Source of the DNA: an uncultured Thermoplasmata archaeon
GTDB taxonomy: Archaea > Thermoplasmatota > Thermoplasmata > UBA10834
Direction of reading: 5' to 3'
NCBI GenBank assembly: GCA_963719945.1
Contig: CAVRDX010000001.1
Coordinates: forward strand, 832,001-896,000
Length of the DNA: 64,000 nucleotides
The notes under the pieces were generated by a model. It was not told where the DNA came from. It searched no databases and was given only the letters and a program-made list of their open reading frames with translations. The stretch's first letter is position 1. Every line of letters starts with the position of its first letter. Of the stretch, positions 61,071 through 64,000 are shown piece after piece. Made by a program: the position numbers and the translations under genes.

Positions 61071-61550
61071 TCAAGCCGGGCGCTTGAAGATATAGTTCAG
61101 CAGCAGGTATCGGTCCGGCTTCTTGGTGTTGACAAACACTGCGACTTCTTCCCCCAGGGATATCTTCTTCTTGTACAAGGGGAGCAATCCGATGATCGTC
61201 TTGCTTGTCGTTATCTCCCGACCCTCACAGGCATATGTGATCTTCAGCTCCACGGAATCACCGACTGCTTCGATATCGACCACTCGTCCACGGAGTTCGA
61301 TACCGTTGTTCAAGAGTTTTGACCAAGTCATGTATCGCCAGACAAACAAGCCGACATTGGCAATGCTAATGAGCGAGAATATGAACCCAAGATACTCAAT
61401 ATCCTCAGGTGTCATCTGTTCTTCAGCAGGAATCGTAGGATCGTCCGTGGCCCATAGGGACATCACCAGGAACAATGCCCATATCATGATGATCACGCTG
61501 ATAGCCGAGATGATAAAAACATCCCTTATCATCAGAGATCCTATCTTCAG
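61071..61550 (-). CDS. Hypothetical membrane protein (DUF3592-like)
   Basis: Two TMs; G.E..G.VV...Y...G.E; G..V.V.V....P; start uncertain. Confidence 0.65.
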   Translation of the reverse strand: MKIGSLMIRDVFIISAISVIIMIWALFLVMSLWATDDPTIPAEEQMTPEDIEYLGFIFSLISIANVGLFVWRYMTWSKLLNNGIELRGRVVDIEAVGDSVELKITYACEGREITTSKTIIGLLPLYKKKISLGEEVAVFVNTKKPDRYLLLNYIFKRPA

Positions 61551-61659
61551 TTCTCTGCCACCCAGGTAATCCAACTGCAAACGAATGCACCCACCTATTA
61601 TCCGGCGGGAATCGGTAATGGTGATAATATACTTCGTCCAAGGCACGGCATATCAGGAC

Positions 61660-62886
61660 TCAGAACACCTTGCTCCGAGGAGAAATGGTACCCCTCGCAT
61701 TGGCTCCCATGCCTATGAAAGAATTCTCTCCGATGATCGTGCCCGCATCGATGGTCGCATTGATGCCAGTCTTGACATCATCGCCCATAATGACCCCGAG
61801 CTTCCTCCGACCCGAGCCGATCTTCTTGCCGTTGATGACGACGTACACTTCCTTCTCATCCAGCCGCAGGTTCGCGACCTTCGTGCCCGCGCCGAAGTTG
61901 CATCTCTCGCCTATGACGCTGTCGCCCACATAGCTCAGGTGCGGTATCTTCGTGGAATTCATGATGACGGAGTTCTTGACCTCTGCGGAGTTGCCCACTT
62001 TGCACCCATCGCCTATGGAAGTGCTCGGCCTGAGATACGCGTTCGGGCCTATCACCGTGTTCTCCCCGATCACGACCGGGCCGACGACATAGCTGCCAGC
62101 GAGTATCTTGCTCCCGGCACCGATCTGCAACGGACCTTCCACAGTCGCCTTCTCGGACACTTCACCATCGATCTTCGTCTCGAGACCTTCCATCAGTATC
62201 CGGTTGGCCTCCAGTATGTCCCATGGCCTCGCGACATCTATCCAATCGCCCTTGAGCATGTGAGTATAGATATGACTCTTGGACATGAGTATCCTGAACG
62301 AATCGGTTATCTCGTACTCCCCACGGACCGACTTCTTCGTCTCGGCTATCGCGTCGAATATCTGTGGCTCCAGTATGTATGCGCCCGCGTTGACCATATT
62401 CCCTTCGGGCACCTCGGGCTTCTCCACAATGTCCATGACGACGCCGTCCTCTACCTTGATGCACCCGTACCGTCTGGGATCAGGCACTGATGCCAGAGCC
62501 ATCACGGAACCCTTGACCTTGAGGTGATGTTCCATGAGTCCCTTGACCGATTCCTTGGTCAGGACGACATCCCCGTAAAGACAGAAGAACGCGGAGTCGA
62601 CCTTGTTCTTGATCATGCCTATGGCATGGGCCGTCCCGAGACGCTCCTTCTGCTCGACATACTCCACCCGTATGCCGAACTCCGAGCCGTCCCCGAAATG
62701 CTCCCTGATCCTTCCGGCCTTCCAGCCTATGAGCAGTATGATGTCCTTGATGCCTGCGCTCTTGAGCGCGTCTATGTTATGCTCCAGGAACGGTTTTCCC
62801 GCGACCGGCAGCAAGGGCTTCGGAATGTTCGATGTGAGCGGGCGCATGCGCATGCCCTCGCCCGCGGCTAGTATGTATCCCTTCAC
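61660..62886 (-). CDS. glmU: Bifunctional sugar-1-phosphate nucleotidyltransferase/acetyltransferase (archaeal GlmU)
   Basis: LAAGEG.RMRPLT..PKPL, LGTAHA, EKP, RGEYEITD; hexapeptide repeats, HLSYVGDS. Confidence 0.92.
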   Translation of the reverse strand: MKGYILAAGEGMRMRPLTSNIPKPLLPVAGKPFLEHNIDALKSAGIKDIILLIGWKAGRIREHFGDGSEFGIRVEYVEQKERLGTAHAIGMIKNKVDSAFFCLYGDVVLTKESVKGLMEHHLKVKGSVMALASVPDPRRYGCIKVEDGVVMDIVEKPEVPEGNMVNAGAYILEPQIFDAIAETKKSVRGEYEITDSFRILMSKSHIYTHMLKGDWIDVARPWDILEANRILMEGLETKIDGEVSEKATVEGPLQIGAGSKILAGSYVVGPVVIGENTVIGPNAYLRPSTSIGDGCKVGNSAEVKNSVIMNSTKIPHLSYVGDSVIGERCNFGAGTKVANLRLDEKEVYVVINGKKIGSGRRKLGVIMGDDVKTGINATIDAGTIIGENSFIGMGANARGTISPRSKVF

Positions 62887-64000
62887 TTCACACACCTCTT
62901 GACAGCATCGTTTATGACCTTCATTATGTCAGCGGCCCTTTCGGGCTTTCTAGCCTCTGCGAGCATGCGTATCTTGGGCTCGGTGCCCGATGGGCGTACC
63001 AACGCCCATCCGTCCTCGAACTGCAATCGGAAGCCGTCCACGGTCAGGAGTTCCTCGCACTCGATCGCACGCATCTCCTTGGACAGACGCGATATCACGG
63101 AGGCTTTCTGACTCACCTCGAAATCGATCGCCTTCCTGAGGGTCGGATACTTGGGTATGGATTTCCTCAGCTCTGACAGCTTCTTCTTGGAGGCTATCTC
63201 CACGATCTTAGCAGCCGCCAGTATGCCGTCCGGACAGTATGATTGCTCGGGGAAGATCCAAGTACCAGAAGGTTCGCCTCCGAAATCCGCCCTGATACGC
63301 TTGACCTCCTCGCTCACGAACACGTCGCCCACGCGCACGCGCGTTATCTTAGCGGATATGTAATCGTCGATGGCCATCGATGCATCCACCGTGACGACCG
63401 CCTTCTTCTTCGCGTACCGTTTGGCGAATAGTGCCAGGAGATGATCCCCGCCAAGGAATACGCCCTTGTCGTCGATGGCGACCATCCGGTCAGCATCCCC
63501 ATCGTGGGCGATGCCGAGGTCCGACTTGGTCGATACTACCGTGTTCTTGAGATCCGTCAGGTTCTCATCGGTGGGCTCCGGCATCCTTCCAGGAAAATGA
63601 CCGTCGGGATTGGAATTGATGGTGATGACCTTGCAGCCCATGCGCTGGAGCACGAGCGGAGTGATGTTGAACGCTGGGCCGTTCGCGCAATCGACCACGA
63701 CCTTCAACTTCGCGTGACCGACGCCCGCCAGTATCCTCTCGAGATGCCGGTCAACGGCATCCATCATGATATGGCTCGTGCCGACCTTGTCCCAGGATCT
63801 GCTCTTGAACTTGTTACTCGCAACCAGCTTCTCGATCTTCTTGGACTGTTCGGCCCCGAACCCCATGCCGTCCGGGTTCCACAGCTTGATGCCCGCATAC
63901 TCCGGTGGATTGTGACTAGCTGTCAGCATGACACCGCAACTCATCTCTCGCGCAGCCTCAGCCAAGGTAGGTGTGCTGACGATACCTGCCGAATACACAT
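62883..64000 (-). CDS. glmM: Phosphoglucosamine mutase/phosphohexomutase, 5'-truncated
   Basis: TASHNP, HDGDADR, GGEPSG, RPSGTEP..R; coupled to glmU. Confidence 0.9.
   Translation of the reverse strand, partial: VYSAGIVSTPTLAEAAREMSCGVMLTASHNPPEYAGIKLWNPDGMGFGAEQSKKIEKLVASNKFKSRSWDKVGTSHIMMDAVDRHLERILAGVGHAKLKVVVDCANGPAFNITPLVLQRMGCKVITINSNPDGHFPGRMPEPTDENLTDLKNTVVSTKSDLGIAHDGDADRMVAIDDKGVFLGGDHLLALFAKRYAKKKAVVTVDASMAIDDYISAKITRVRVGDVFVSEEVKRIRADFGGEPSGTWIFPEQSYCPDGILAAAKIVEIASKKKLSELRKSIPKYPTLRKAIDFEVSQKASVISRLSKEMRAIECEELLTVDGFRLQFEDGWALVRPSGTEPKIRMLAEARKPERAADIMKVINDAVKRCVK

Noticed and set aside
61585-62490. 301-aa plus-strand ORF
   Set aside because: Antisense shadow of glmU.

Overview
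Archaeal chromosome segment, probably Thermoplasmata and close to the Methanomassiliicoccales or their non-methanogenic sister lineages. This is inferred from RadA, fibrillarin, archaeal CCA enzyme, S15P, Kae1, GGGP/DGGGP lipid synthases and BHB-intron tRNAs. Most of the window is dense housekeeping and amino-acid/peptide metabolism: three clostripains, an M20 hydrolase, an M50 protease, alanine dehydrogenase, an HdrDE-like pair, NadC/NadK, GlmU/GlmM and three PAS/GAF signalling proteins. RadA carries a 174-aa mini-intein, and tRNA-Leu(TAA) and tRNA-Val(GAC) both have 37/38 introns. The most unusual signal lies downstream of tRNA-Val, where the tRNA 3' end recurs three more times (30963, 31868, 34198). 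Two of these copies sit inside an 89-bp site with fixed-spacing conserved blocks and compensated terminal inverted repeats. The repeats bracket small 0.9-2.3 kb gene cassettes, and no integrase is visible, which suggests a tRNA-anchored cassette array mobilised in trans. Other notable signals are repeated apparent CUG start codons, hairpin 5' leaders on all three clostripain genes, an orphan structured RNA candidate upstream of cca, and several unannotated Cys-rich microproteins. All calls come from reading motifs by eye; no database search was run.
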